The notes under the pieces were generated by a model. The model saw only the letters and a list, made by a program, of their open reading frames with translations, did not search any database and was not told the DNA's origin. Positions 12,441-25,900 of a stretch of DNA of 64,000 bases are shown here, piece after piece; positions within the stretch are counted from its first letter, which is position 1, and the number at the start of each line of letters is the position of its first letter. The stretch is taken from contig JASTWF010000351.1 in the NCBI GenBank assembly GCA_030390025.1, positions 62,001 to 126,000 of the forward strand, read 5' to 3'. The position numbers and the translations under genes were made by a program. The DNA comes from Squalus acanthias (Eukaryota).

Positions 12441-12525
12441 ATTTTGCACTGAGTGCGGTTTAAACAGAGTGCTGCGAGTTGGGTGAGTCGGAGTTGGGTG
12501 AGGAGTGGAAGGAGGAGCTCCCTTG
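12438..12525 (+). repeat. Left copy of the ~90-bp direct repeat flanking the Tx1 array
   Basis: GCGATTTTGCACTGAGTGCGGTTTAAACAGAGTGCTGCGAGTTGG...GGAGGAGCTCCCTTG also occurs at 40767-40856. Confidence 0.92.
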
Positions 12526-13597
12526 TATCACCATTGTTTGAGAGATACAGGCTGCGAGATTCTCAGCTCAGCTCAGCTCGGTGCTGTGAGAACGGGACTG
12601 AGTGCAGTTTGCTGGGAAGAGGAGAGGAAAGGAAAGGTCTCTCTTTCACTGTGCCTAGGAGGAGAAGGAGAAGGAGCCACGAAGGGCAGAGTGGAGACCC
12701 TTTCCACCTCCACCACGCCTGCAGCTGCAGCTACTACTATTACTACTGCTGAGGTGCCAGAAGGGAGAGAGGGGAGGAGAGGAGAGAGAGGAGACCAGCA
12801 ACAACAACAGAGGGAAGCCTTTCCATCACTGCCTCCCCAACTGGTCTCCATTACGAGAGAGGGGAGAACAAACCCAAGACTAACATCTGCTTGGAAGGAG
12901 GGAGAGCGAGCAATCCAGAACAACATCTAGAGGTGGGTGTTAAAAAGGGCACTCTCCAAAAGACTTTGTATTTGAGGTGGTGGGAGGAAAGAAGAAGGAG
13001 AAGACCGGGACAGCAAGGGTGTGTGTGTGGCTCTTGCTAACAACTCGGCCACACACACCATCAACAAGCACCCCTTGCCTATTGCTTCACCTGGGACAGC
13101 TGGAGCTGCCCAGGCAAAGTCATCAATTAATTATCCAATTTAGAACATCGTTAAGACCTGGTTGTGGACTGAGCCTGGGCATCTCCAGCTTTATTTTTTC
13201 CCAGGTGAAGACATCTTCTCCCCCCAGCAGAAGAACATCAACAAAGACTTTATTTAAAATCGGAGAGTGCCCCTCCCCCGGAAGCACCCACCCACCCACT
13301 ATCCTGAGTGGCGAACAGGCCCGTGCGGCCTTCCCCCTTCCTCCTTCCCACCCCCTCTCTCTCTCTCTCTCTCTCTCTGCCTCTCTCTAACGAGGCACCT
13401 CAAACCTTATTTATTACCCAATTGAGCAGTGGGGAGAAGGCCACTCCCAATTCCAATCATAAAAGGGAGAGGTGTGCCTTCTTTTTCTCAAAACAACCCC
13501 CTCTGCTCGGGGGAAAAGACAAAAAAAAACCCAAGGCCACTTAAACATCACCCGGCCTGTGACTTGGGGTGGGTGTAGCCCTTTATACCACCTCAGT

Positions 13598-15684
13598 ATG
13601 GCGAGCACATCGCCGGCGGCGGGGCAGGCAAGGTCGTACACGGGTGTGGCAGCCACGGCCACAGCTGGTCCCGCTGCTTCTGCTGCCCCGTCGCCTTTCA
13701 GGCTATTGACAAAAAAGCTGGGGGTGAAGAGCTACACTCACCCCAACATGACCATAGAGGCTTGCGTCAAAGCCATGGCTGGGGTAGTCGGCCCCTCAGC
13801 CATCGTTGCGGCCTCTAAAATGTACGGTAAGGCTGTGTTCTTCCTGCGGTCGGAGCGGGCGGTGTCCCTGGCCGTCACCGAGGGGCTCACCGTCGGCGGG
13901 ACCTTCCTGCCGGTGGATCCGCTCGAGGCCACCGAGCAGCGACTCATATTATCGAATGTCCCGCACTTTGTTCCGGTTGAGCTCCTCCTCCCCCACCTAC
14001 GTCAACTGGGGGAGGTGAGGTCGGGGATTAATCCGATCCCGCTCGGCTGCAGGGAGGCCAGCCTCCGGCACGTCTTCTCCTTCCGGCGCCTGCTGTTTAA
14101 CCAGCTGGCGCGGGAGGAAGACACGGAAGGCGCATTTAGCATAACACACGAGGGGACCGCCTACCGCGTCTTCTGGACGTCGGACGGTGTGCGGTGCCAC
14201 GCCTGTAAGGAGGTGGGGCACATAAGAAAGAACTGCCCCACCTCCAAGGCCGCCAAAGCATCTGAGGCGGCCAAGGCTGGCGCCGCCGCCGCTCCTCCCC
14301 CTGTTTCTGTCCGCGCGTCTGCGACACCCGATACGCGGTCGACGCCGGAGGTCAACGCCGTCGCGGCCTCCGGCAGAGGGGAGGGGGAGCGTCCGATTGG
14401 AAGGAAGGCGCGGAGGAAAAGCAAACACCTTCAGGCGGGTCCCCTTGACATACATGATGACTTACCCGAGCTTACGCCCCTATACCTTGCGCGGGTGGCG
14501 GCGGAGTTCGAGAATGCGAGGGGCCTTGTGCCCGGGCCTGCGGCCGCATCCGCCAAGGCGGCAAAATCGAGACCTGCGGCCGTGACCGGGCCCGGGACCC
14601 CCGAGAAGACCGATCGACAGGGGGGAGCGGAGGTGGAGGCCTCGGTATGCATGGAGGTCTCCCAACCTTCGTGTCCCTCCTCTTCGAAAAGGAGGCGCAG
14701 CTTCCTGGATGAGGAGGAGGACCGCGAGGAACGGGGTCCCCCCTCGCAAGGGGAGTCGTCGCCCGCCGCAGGTGCTGCGCCCCCCCCCCACCGACACCAT
14801 CACCGACATCCGGCAGGGGTCGCCTGTCCCCCGGGAGGGCATGACAGATGAGTCTGTCCAGCCTGTGCCTCCCGGGGATGGGGAAGAGGCCCTGCTCATG
14901 GGGGGGGGCCGCGGAACTACCCGCGGTGGGGAATTACGCTGATCCATTGTTTCTCGCCAGGTCGGGCATCCTGGGGACCGGGGCGGGCGAGGCCAATGAG
15001 GCAGAGCCCGCCGTGTACGGTCAGGACTACTCCCAGGCGCTGCTCGACCTGGTTGAGCAATATAACCAGGGTACCCGGTCCGCTGGGTCGGAGGATGGTG
15101 GCGGTGAAGGGGAAGGCCCCCTGACTCCGTCTGCGACGCTGGCGCCGGGGTTGTTGGGGGAACTGGCACTAATGTGCTCCCCGGTTTCCCCGTGCACCCC
15201 GGTGCCGGGGGCGGAGGGGGGCCCCGAGCCGCCGCCGCTTCCTGACCCGGCGCCTCTGGAGGAGCCCAGGGAGGACTCCTCTGCTGCCGATCCTGGGGGT
15301 GGGATCGGGGCAGAGGTAGGGCTGGCCGATGGCGACCCCCCGGAGGAGGACGGGGACCCGGCGGAGGACACTGAGGATGATATGGAATCCGTCGCCAGTG
15401 AGGCGGCGGATGCCCTCGTGCCCTCCTCCGGGTCCCCCCTCATCCCCGTTGTGGAACTCCGGGACTTTGTGGCCATGGGCCAGGGTCGCCAGGATATAAT
15501 CCGGCTGGCCATCGATAAATGGTCGGATCTGGCGCTGCTCGTTTGCTCCGTCCGCGCCGCAGTCAAAACCATGGGCGCGGAAGGGGGCGTGGGCCTGGCC
15601 GAGCGGCGTCGGATCCAGAATTTCCTCGCTGGGCTTGGAAGGGAGTGGCGGTCGATTAGCGGCCGCGCTCCCTCCTCCCGTTAG
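13598..15684 (+). pseudogene. Tx1 ORF1 (gag-like, CCHC zinc knuckle), frameshifted
   Basis: ATG 13598 (MASTSP...), CHACKEVGHIRKNC. Frame breaks in the C-run (14780-14789) and the G-run (~14900-14908). Confidence 0.85.
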
Positions 15685-15715
15685 AGTAAGGTAAAGGTTG
15701 CACTATGCTCTTGTC

Positions 15716-18700
15716 ATGAAGATAACCATAGCCAGCCTCAACATCAACGGCAGCAGAGAGGCACGCCGTAGATTTAATAACTTCTCGTCCCTTCGGGAAG
15801 GGAGGCATGCGGTGTGCTTCCTGCAGGAAACTCACACCGTTCCGGGAGACGAGGCCACGTGGCTCCTGGAGTGGCGAGGAGGGGTCAGCATGAGTCACCT
15901 CTCCAACGTTTCTGGTGGGGTGGCTATCTTGCTGGCCCCGCATTTTCAGCCGGAGATCTTGGGGGTCAAGGAGCATGTGCCGGGCCGCTTGCTCCAGGTC
16001 ACTGTTCGTCTGGGGGGCTTGCCGCTCCATTTAGTGAACGTGTACGCCCCCCAGCCCGGTGCGCAGCAAGTGCGCTTCTTCGAAGAAGTGTCCGCTCTTC
16101 TGGGCACCGTCGACGTCGGCGAGTGCGTCATCCTCGGGGGGGATTTTAATTGTACCCTCGAGGCGAGGGACTGTTCGGGCCCTCCGCGAAGCCTGACGGC
16201 GACGGTGAAGTTGAGGGACCTGGTCGGGTCCTTCGACTTGGTGGACGTCTGGCGAAATCTCCATCCCGACTCCAGCGCCTTCACGTGGGTGGGGTGTGGA
16301 GGAGGAAGGTCCAGAATCGACCGCCTTTATATTTCCCGGGCGTACGTCTCCTGCGTTCCGGCGGCTTCCATGCGGCCGGTGCCGTGCACGGACCACCACC
16401 TGGTGTGGGCGGAGCTCGCTCCGCTGCGCGCGCGGGGGGGGGTGTCCGCTTACTGGCATTTTAACAACCTGCTGCTGGAGGACGTGCGGTTCCGGGATTC
16501 GTTTCGCCGGTTCTGGGCCGACTGGAGAAGGAAGCAGGGGGGCTTCCCCTCCTTGTGGCTATGGTGGGACGTGGGCAAGGCTCACGTCCGTCTCTTCTGT
16601 CAGGAGTACGCAAAGGGGTCGACCAAGAGGCGGGAGGCCCGGGTCGGGCGATTGGAGAAAGAAGTGCTTGACCTGGAGTCCCGTCTCGGTCAAGTCGTCG
16701 AAGACCCGGCCCTGCGGAAGGTGTACGAAGAGAAGAAGGGCGCGCTGAAGGACCTGCAGCTGGTCGGGTCCCGAGGCGCGTACGTGAGGTCGCGGATCCA
16801 GTTCCTGCGGGACCTGGACCGCGGCTCCCCCTTCTTCTACTCGCTGGAAAAAAGACGAGCGGTCCGTAAGCAGCTCTTGGGGCTGCTGGCCGACGACGGA
16901 TCTCTGGTCTCGGATCCGGAGGGGATCAGCGCGGGGACCCGGGCCTATTACGGGGCTCTGTTCTCTCCGGATCCATCCAGCGAGGATGCGCGCAGAGTTT
17001 TGTGGGAGGACCTGCCGAAGGTCGGCCCGGAGGGCGCCGAAGAATTGGACGCTCCGCTAAGTTTGGCGGAGCTGACCGGCGCCCTGTGCCAGCTCTCGAG
17101 GGGAAAGACCCCGGGGCTGGACGGGGTGACCGTGGAGTTCCACAGGGTGTTCTGGGACGTCTTGGGGGGCGACTACGCGCGGGTCCTGGGGGAAAGTCTG
17201 GCGACCGGGGAGATGCCCCTCTCTTGGCGCAGGGCGGTTATCGTCCTGCTGCCCAAGAAGGGTGAACTCCGCCTTTTAAAAAACTGGCGCCCGGTCTCCC
17301 TCCTCAGCACGGACTATAAAATTTTTGCCAGGGCCATGTCTGCCCACCTCGGCACCGTGCTGGCCCACATGATCCACCCCGACCAGTCCTACACGGTCCC
17401 GGGCCGGACAATCCACGACAACATCCATCTGGTCCGGGACCTGGTCCACCTTTCCCAGAGGACTGGTCTGTCGGTCGCCTTCCTTTCCCTGGATCAGGAG
17501 AAGGCGTTCGACAGGGTGGATCACGAGTTTCTTTTCGGGACTCTGCGCGCATTCGGGTTCGGGACGCATTTCGTCGCCCGGATCCGACTTCTGTATGCCG
17601 TCGCGGAGTGTCTGATTAAAGTTAACGGGTCTTTGACGGCGCCCCTTCGCTTCGGGAGGGGGGTGCGTCAGGGATGCCCCATGTCCGGTCAGTTATATGC
17701 TGTTTGCGTGGAGCCTTTCCTGCGCCTCTTGCGGAAGAGGTTGACGGGACTGGCTCTGCAAGGGCCGGGCGTGGAGGTCGTCCTCTCGGCTTACGCCGAT
17801 GACGTGCTCCTCATGGTCACGGATCCCGTTGACCTGCGGAGGATGCGAGAATGCCAGCAGATTTACTCGGACGCATCCTCCGCCAGGATCAACTGGGAGA
17901 AATGTTCTGGACTCCTGGTGGGCCAGTGGCAGGTGGACTCCCTGCCGGAGGAGTTCAGGCCCTTCGCCTGGAGCACAACACACCTCCTCTACTTGGGAGT
18001 CTACCTCGGCCCTGCCGAGGACACCTGGCCGGCGAACTGGCAAGAGCTGGAGGCCAAGGTCACCGCTCGCCTAGGACGCTGTTGCTCCGAGTGTTGTCCT
18101 ACAGGGGTCGAGCGCTGGTCATAAACCAGCTGGTGGCCGCCATGTTGTGGTACCGGTTGGTCACTTTGATCCCTCCCCCTGCGTTTGTCGCCAAGATACA
18201 GAAGATGCTCATCGACTTCTTCTGGGACAAAAGGAAGCATTGGGTCTCTGCCGCGGTTCTGTGTCTCCCGCTTAGGGAGGGCGGTCAGGCGCTGGTGTGC
18301 CTTCGCACCCAGGCGGCGACTTTCCGTCTTCAGACGCTGCAGAGGTACCTTTACGTCGAGAATCCTCCCAGATGGTGTGCGCTGGCGACGTATTTCTTCC
18401 GCCAGATGCACGGCCTCAACTACGACACGCAGCTCCTGTTTGTGAAATTGGGCCGCACGCGTGCCTACCTGAGGGAGCTGCCTGTCTTTTACCAGGAACC
18501 AGGTCGCCTCCAGGCGGAGTTCTCCCCCGTCAGGAGTGGCGGCTCTCCTTCGGGAGCCGCTGTTCAGGAATCCGCACCTCCACGTCCGACGGATCGGCTG
18601 GCTGGCGGAGGGCAGGGCTGTGCCAGGCAAGGTGACCAGAGTCAGGGACCTGCTCGATGGCGGAGGAGCGGGCTGGATGGCGCCGGAGGAGTTGGCGCGG

Positions 18701-19594
18701 CGCCTCTCCTGGGTAGACGTCTGGCGCGCGGCCAAAGCCATCGAGTTGCTGAAAGTGGCACTGGGCCCGGACTCCACTAGGTGTATCGAGGAGGCTCAAG
18801 CACGTGGGGCGATCCCGTCCGAACTGACCTCCGTTCGGACGGAATTCCTCATCGGCGCACAGCCCCAAAACCCCTCTCGGGAACCGGCGCCTCACAACTT
18901 GAGCCGTCTCGGGGAAATGCCCTCCGTGCCCTTCAGTTCTGCACGGAGGGGTTTCCTGTACGGGCTGCTCCTGCACACTTTCCACTTTGTCATCTTCGCC
19001 TGCCGTCCGGACACGCCTTGGCGTGCCATCTTGCCGTCCGGCGGAGGCGAAGGTCCCCAATGGAGGGCTCTCTATGCGGGAGTACTCCCCTTTTCTATTG
19101 GGGACATGGCCTGGAGGGTGTTGCACGGAGCAGTCCCGTGCAATCGGTTTTTAAGTAGGTTCACGGACTCCCAGGCCGCCTGTCTTTTTTGCGGCCTCGA
19201 GGAGTCCGTGTTCCACGTTTATGTGGAATGTGAGAGGTTACAGCCCCTCTTTGAATATTTGAAGGGGCTGCTCCTCGCTTTTTGGTTGCACTTCAGTCCC
19301 ACGCTCCTGATCTACAGTCACCCGGTGCGGAGGGGAGAGAGCAGGTCGGAGGACCTCCTCGTAGGACTGCTCCTGGGCCTGGCCAAAGTGGCCATTAACA
19401 GGTCCAGGCAGCGGGCGGTCGAGGGGGTCGTTCGGCCCAATTGCCTGCCTCTCTTCTGCGGCTATGTTCGCGCCCGGGTGGCCCTGGAGATGGAGCATGC
19501 GGTGTCCGCCGGCACACTTGAAGCCTTCCGAGACCGGTGGGCGCCGCAGGGACTGGAGTGCATCGTTTCCCCGGGAAATGTTATTTTAATTTAA
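15716..19594 (+). pseudogene. Tx1 ORF2 (APE endonuclease, RT, C-terminal zinc finger), frameshifted
   Basis: SLNING, FLQETH, GGDFN, SRIDR, TDH; NWRPVSLL, DQEKAFD, RQGCP, YADD; CLFCGLEESVFHVYVEC. 7-bp deletion ~18081 and 17-bp deletion ~18499. Confidence 0.92.
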
Positions 19595-19597
19595 TGC

Positions 19598-20317
19598 ACT
19601 CCAAGTTGTCCGCTTCGCAGAAGGCCCAAGGTGGAAGACCCGGAGGAGAGTGGCCTGGGCGGGAGGCCCAGCACGGTGAACCCCAGGCGGGGGGCCCAGG
19701 GCGGGGCGGCTGGTCGGCAGAGGTGGAGTCAGGAGATGCGGTTGATTCACCCCGGCTGCTCGCGGGGAATGCCGGTGCGGAGGGTCCGGTGCAGAAGGCC
19801 CAAGGTGGAAGACCCAGAGGAGAGTGGCCTGGGCGGGAGGCCCAGCACGGAGAACCCCAGGCGGGGGGCCTAGGGCGGGGCGGCTGGTCGGCAGAGGTGG
19901 AGTCGGGAGATGCGGTTGTTTCACCCCGGCTGCTCGCGGGGAATGCCGGTGCGGAGGGTCCGGTGCAGAAGGCCCAAGGTGGAAGACCCGGAGGAGAGTG
20001 GCCTGGGCGGGAGGCCCAGCACGGAGAACAATTGAGTGGATGGTCGGGTGGGCGGTGCCAGTGGGACTGGCGTGGAACAGGTTTCTTGGGTTATTGGAGT
20101 GGATGTTATATGTGGCATTTAGTTGGATTGTGATGGGGCTATGTGTTTGTACACTGTGGTGTTGAAATGGGTTGTTTTATGTGGAGTTAAGTGAGATGTA
20201 TTCTTTTAATATAAAAAAAAAAGTGTGGTATTGTTTGGGGGTGTTTGTACTGTATTTTGATGGATGAATGTAATGGTTTTACGATGTAATTGGTATTATT
20301 GGTTTGAATAAAAGATT
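19598..20317 (+). other. Foreign 3' module on copy 1: 174-bp repeat x~2.4, GT-rich tract, AATAAA
   Basis: Repeat starts at 19617, 19791 and 19965. AATAAA at 20307. Near-identical to 33200-34051 except for a ~133-bp deletion. Confidence 0.85.
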
Positions 20318-20856
20318 CACCATCAACAAGCACCCCTTGCCTATTGCTTCACCTGGGACAGCTGGAGCTGCCCAGGCAAAGTCATCAATTAATTATCCAA
20401 TTTAGAACATCGTTAAGACCTGGTTGTGGACTGAGCCTGGGCATCTCCAGCTTTATTTTTTCCCAGGTGAAGACATCTTCTCCCCCCACCAGAAGAACAT
20501 CAACACAGACTTTATTTAACATCGGAGAGTGCCCCTCCCACGGAAGCACCCACCCACCCACTATCCTGAGTGGCGAACAGGCCCGTGCGGCCTTCCCCCT
20601 TCCTCCTTCCCACCCCCTCTCTCTCTCTCTCTCTCTGCCTCTCTCTAACGAGGCACCTCAAACCTTATTTATTACCCAATTGAGCAGAGGGGAGAAGGCC
20701 ACTCCCAATTCCAATCATAAAAGGGAGAGGTGTGCCTTCTTTTTCTCAAAGCAACCCCCTCTGCTCGGGGGAAAAGACAAAAAAAAAACCCAAGGCCACT
20801 TAAACATCACCCAGCCTGTGACTTGGGGTGGGTGTAGCCCTTTATACCACCTCAGT

Positions 20857-22942
20857 ATGGCGAGCACATCGCCGGCGGCGGGGCAAGCAAGGTCGTACGT
20901 GGGTGTGGCAGCCACGGCCACAGCTGGTCCCGCTGCTTCTGCTGCCCCGTCGCCTTTCAGGCTATTGACAAAAAAGCTGGGGGAGAAGAGCTACACTCAC
21001 CCCAACATGACCATAGAGGCTTGCGTCAAAGCCATGGCTGGGGTAGTCGGCCCCTCAGCCATCGTTGCGGCCTCTAAAATGTACGGTAAGGCTGTGTTCT
21101 TCCTGCGGTCGGAGCGGGTGGTGTCCCTGGCCGTCACCGAGGCGCTCACCGTGGGCGGGACCTTCCTGCCGGTGGATCCGCTCGAGGCCACCGAGCAGCG
21201 ACTCATATTATCGAATGTCCCGCCCTTTGTTCCGGTTGAGCTCCCCTTCCCCCACCTACGTCAACTGGGCGAGGTGAGGTCGGGGATTAATCCGATCCCG
21301 CTCGGCTGCAGGGAGGCCAGCCTCTGGCACGTCTTCTCCTTCCGGCGCCAGCTGTTTATCCAGCTGGCGCGGGAGGAAGACACGGAAGGCGCATTTAGCA
21401 TAACACACGAGGGGACCGCCTACCGCGTCTTCTGGACATCGGACGGTGTGCGGTGCCACGCCTGTAAGGAGGTGGGGCACATAAAAAAGAACTGCCCCAC
21501 CTCCAAGGCTGCCAAAGCATCTGAGGCGGCCAAGGCTGGCGCCGCCGCCGCTCCTCCCCCTGTTTCTGTCCGCGCGTCCGCGACACCCGATGCGCGGTCG
21601 ACGCCGGAGGTCAACGCAGTCGCGGCCTCCGGCGGAGGGGAGGGGGAGCGTCCAATTGGAAGGAAGGCGCGGAGGAAAAGCAAACACCTTCAGGCGGGTC
21701 CCCTTGACATACATGATGACTTACCCGAGCTTACGCCCCTATACCTTGCGCGGGTGGCGGCGGAGTTCGAGAATGCGAGGGGCCTTGTGCCCGGGCCTGC
21801 GGCCGCATCTGCCAAGGCAGCAAAATCGAGACCTGCGGCCGTGACCGGGCCCGGGACCCCCGAGCAGACCGATCGACAGGGGGGAGCGGAGGTGGAGACC
21901 TCGGTATGCATGGAGGTCTCCCAACCTTCGTGTCCCTCCTCTTCGAAAAGGAGGCGCAGCACCCTGGATGAGGAGGAGGACCGCGAGGAACGGGGTCCCC
22001 CCTCACAAGGGGAGTCGTCGCCCGCCGCGGGTGCTGCGCCCCCCCCCCCCCACCGACACCATCACCGACATCCGGCAGGGGTCGCCTGTCCCCCGGGAGG
22101 GCATGACAGATGAGTCTGTCCAGCCTGTGCCTCCCGGGGATGGGGAAGAGGCCCTGCTCATGGGGGGGGCCGCGGAACTACCCGCGGTGGGGAATTACGC
22201 TGATCCGTTGTTTCTCGCCAGGTCGGGCATCCTGGGGACCGGGGCGGGCGAGGCCAATGAGGCAGAACCCGCCGTGTATGGTCAGGACTACTCCCAGGCG
22301 CTGCTCGACCTGGTTGAGCAATATAACCAGGGTACCCGGTCCGCTGGGTCGGAGGATGGTGGCGGTGAAGGGGAAGGCCCCCTGACTCCGTCTGCGACGC
22401 TGGCGCCGGGGTTGTTGGGGGAACTGGCACTAATGTGCTCCCCGGTTTCCCCATGCACCCCGGTGCCGGGGGCGGAGGGGGGCCCCGAGCCGCCACCGCT
22501 TCCTGACCCGGCGTCTCTGGAGGAGCCCAGGGAGGACTCCTCTGCTGCCGATCCTGGGGGTGGGATCGGGGCAGAGGTAGGGCTGGCCGATGGCGACCCC
22601 CCGGAGGAGGACGGGGACCCGGCGGAGGACACTGAGGATGATATGGAATCCATCGCCAGTGAGGGGGCGGATGCCCTCGTGCCCTCCTCCGGGTCCCCCC
22701 TCATCCCCGTTGTGGAACTCCGGGACTTTGTGGCCATGGGCCAGGGTCGCCAGGATATAATCCAGACCATCGATAAGTGGTCGGATCTGGCGCTGCTCGT
22801 TTGCTCCGTCCGCGCCGCAGTCAAAACCATGGGCGCGGACGGGGGCGTGGGCCTGGCCAAGCGGCGTCGGATCCAGAATTTCCTCGCTGGGCTTGGAAGG
22901 GAGTGGCGGTCGACTAGCGGCCGCGCTCCCTCCTCCCGTTAG
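20857..22942 (+). pseudogene. Tx1 ORF1 copy 2, frameshifted
   Basis: CHACKEVGHIKKNC. Frame break at C13 (22039-22051). Confidence 0.85.
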
Positions 22943-22973
22943 AGTAAGGTAGAGGTTGCACTATGCTCTTGTC

Positions 22974-25900
22974 ATGAAGATAACCATAGCCAGCCTCAAC
23001 ATCAACGGCAGCAGAGAGGCACGCCGTAGATTTAATAACTTCTCGTCCCTTCGGGAAGGGAGGCATGCGGTGTGCTTCCTGCAGGAAACTCACACCGTTC
23101 TGGGAGACGAGGCCACGTGGCTCCTGGAGTGGCGAGGAGGGGTCAGCATGAGTCACCTCTCCAACATTTCTGGTGGGGTGGCTATCTTGCTGGCCCCGCA
23201 TTTTCAGCCGGAGATCTTGGGGGTCAAGGAGCATGTGCCGGGCCGCTTGCTCCAGGTCACTGTTCATCTGGGGGGCGTGCCGCTCCATTTAGTGAACGTG
23301 TACGCCCCCCAGCCCGGTGCGCAGCAAGTGCGCTTCTTCGAAGAAGTGTCCGCTCTTCTGGGCACCGTCGACGTCGGCGAGTGCGTCATCCTCGGGGGCG
23401 ATTTTAATTGTACCCTCGAGGCGAGGGACCGTTCGGGACCTCCGTGAAGCCTGACGGCGACGGTGAAGTTGAGGGACCTGGTCGGGTCCTTCGACTTGGT
23501 GGACGTCTGGCGAAATCTCCATCCCGACTCCAGCGCCTTCACTTGGGTGGGGTCTGGAGGAGGAAGGTCCAGAATCGACCGCCTTTATATTTCCCGGGCG
23601 TACGTCTCCTGCGTTCCGGCGGCTTCCTTGCGGCCGGTGCCGTGCACGGACCACCACCTGGTGTGGGCGGAGCTCGCTTCGTTGCGGGCGCCGGGGGGGT
23701 CCGCGTACTGGCATTTTAACAACCTGCTGCTGGAGGACGTGCGGTTCTGGGATTCGTTTCGCTGGTTCTGGGCCGACTGGAGAAGGAAGCGGGGGGCTTC
23801 CCCTCCTTGAGGCTATGGTGGGACGTGGGCAAGGCTCACGTCCGTCTCTTCTGTCAGGAGTACGCGAAGGGGTCGACCAAGAGGCGGGAGGCCCGGGTCA
23901 GGCGATTGGAGAAAGAAGTGCTCGACCTGGAGTCCCGTCTCGGTCAAGTCGTCGAAGACCCGGCCCTGCGGAAGGTGTACGAAGAGAAGAAGGGCGCGCT
24001 GAAGGACCTGCAGCTGGTCGGGTCCCGAGGCGCGTACGTGAGGTCGCGGATCCAGTTCCTGCGGGACCTGGACCGCGGCTCCCCCTTCTTCTACTCGATG
24101 GAAAAAAGACGAGGGGTCCGTAAGCAGCTCTTGGGGCTGCTGGCCGACGACGGATCTCTGGTCTCGGATCCGGAGGGGATCAGCGCGGGGTCCCGGGCCT
24201 ATTACGGGGCTCTGTTCTCTCCGGATCCGTCCAGCGAGGATGCGCGCAGAGTTTTGTGGGAGGACCTGCCGAAGGTCGGCCCGGAGGGCGCCGAAGAATT
24301 GGACGCTCCGCTAAGTTTGGCGGAGCTGACCGGCGCCCTGCGCCAGCTCTCGAGGGGAAAGTCCCCGGGGCTGGACGGCTGACCGTGGAGTTCCACAGGG
24401 CATTCTGCGACGTCTTGGGGGGCGACTACGCGTGGGTCCAGGGGGAAAGTCTGGCGACCGGGGAGATGCCCCTCTCTTGGCGCAGGGCGGTTATCGTCCT
24501 GCTGCCCAAGAAGGGTGATCTCCGCCTTTTAAAAAACTGGCGCCCGGTCTCCCTCCTCAGCACAGACTACAAAATTTTCACCAGGGCTATGTCTGCTCAC
24601 CTTGGCACCGTGCTGGCCCACATTATCCACCCCGACCAGTCCTACACGGACCCGGGCCGGTCCATCCACGATAACATCCACCTGGTCCGGGACCTGGTCC
24701 ACCATTCCCAGAGGGCTGGTCTGTCGGTCGCCTTCCTTTCCCTGGATCAGGAGAAGGCGTTCGACAGGGTGGATCATGAGTATCTTTTCGGGACTCTGCG
24801 CGCATTCGGGTTCGGGACGCATTTTGTCGCCCGGATCCGACTTCTGTACGCCGCCGCGGAGTGTCTGATTAAAGTTAACGGGTCTTTGACGGCGCCCCTT
24901 CGCTTCGGGAGGGGGGTGCATCAGGGATGCCCCATGTCCGGTCAGTCATACGCCGTTTGCGTGGAGCCTTTCCTGCGCCTCTTGCGGAAGAGGTTGACGG
25001 GACTGGCTCTGCAAGTGCCGGGCGTGGAGGTGGTCCTCTCGGCTTACGCCGATGACGTGCTCCTCGCGGTCACGGATCCCGTCGACTTGCGGAGGATGCG
25101 AGATTGCCAGCAGATTTACTCGGACGCATCCTCCGCCAAGATCAACTGGGAGAAATGTTCTGGACTACTGTTGGCCCATGGCAGGTGGACTCCCTGCCGG
25201 AGGAGTTCAGGCCCTTCGCCTGGAGCACAACGCACCTCCTCTACCTGGGTGTCTACCTCAGCCCGGCCGAGGACGCCTGGCCGGCGAACTGGCAAGAGCT
25301 GGAGGCCAAAGTCACCGCTCGCCTAGGGCGCTGGACGGGACTGCTCCGAGTGTTGTCCTACAGGGGTCGAGCGCTGGTCATAAACCAGCTGGTGGCCGCC
25401 ATGTTGTGGTACCGGTTGGTCACTTTGATCCCTCCCCCTGCGTTTGTCGCCAAGATGCAGAAGAAGCTCGTCGACTTCTTCTGGGACAAAAGGAAGCACT
25501 GGGTCTCTGCCGCGGTTCTGAGACTCCTGCTTAGGGAGGGCGGTCAGGCGCTGGTGTGCCTTCGCACCCAGGCGGCGACTTTCCGTCTTCAGACGCTGCA
25601 GAGATACCTGTACGTGGAGAATCCTCCTAGGTGGCGTGCGCTGGCGACGTATTTCTTCCGCCAGCTGTACGGCCTCAATTACGACACGCAGCTCCTGTTT
25701 GTGAGAGTGGGCGGCACGCGTGCCAGCCTGCGGGAGCTGCCTGTCTTCTACCAGGAACTGCTATGGGTTTGGAACAGAGTCGCCTCCAGGCGCAGTTCTC
25801 CCCCGTCAGGAGCGGCGGCCGTCCTTCGGGAGCCGCTGCTCAGGAATCCGCACCTCCTCGACCGCGGGTTCGGTAGGCTGGCGGAGGGCAGGGCTGTACC

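Larger units (their letters stand above)
12526..19597 (+). mobile_element. Tx1-clade non-LTR retrotransposon, copy 1 (longest 5' UTR)
   Basis: About 1.07 kb leader, then ORF1 (CCHC) and ORF2 (APE-RT-zinc finger). The 5' boundary is inferred from the end of the flanking repeat. Confidence 0.9.

Noticed and set aside
12550..12596. HDV-like ribozyme at the Tx1 5' end
   Set aside because: I could not assemble the nested double pseudoknot by eye. A descriptor search would be needed.
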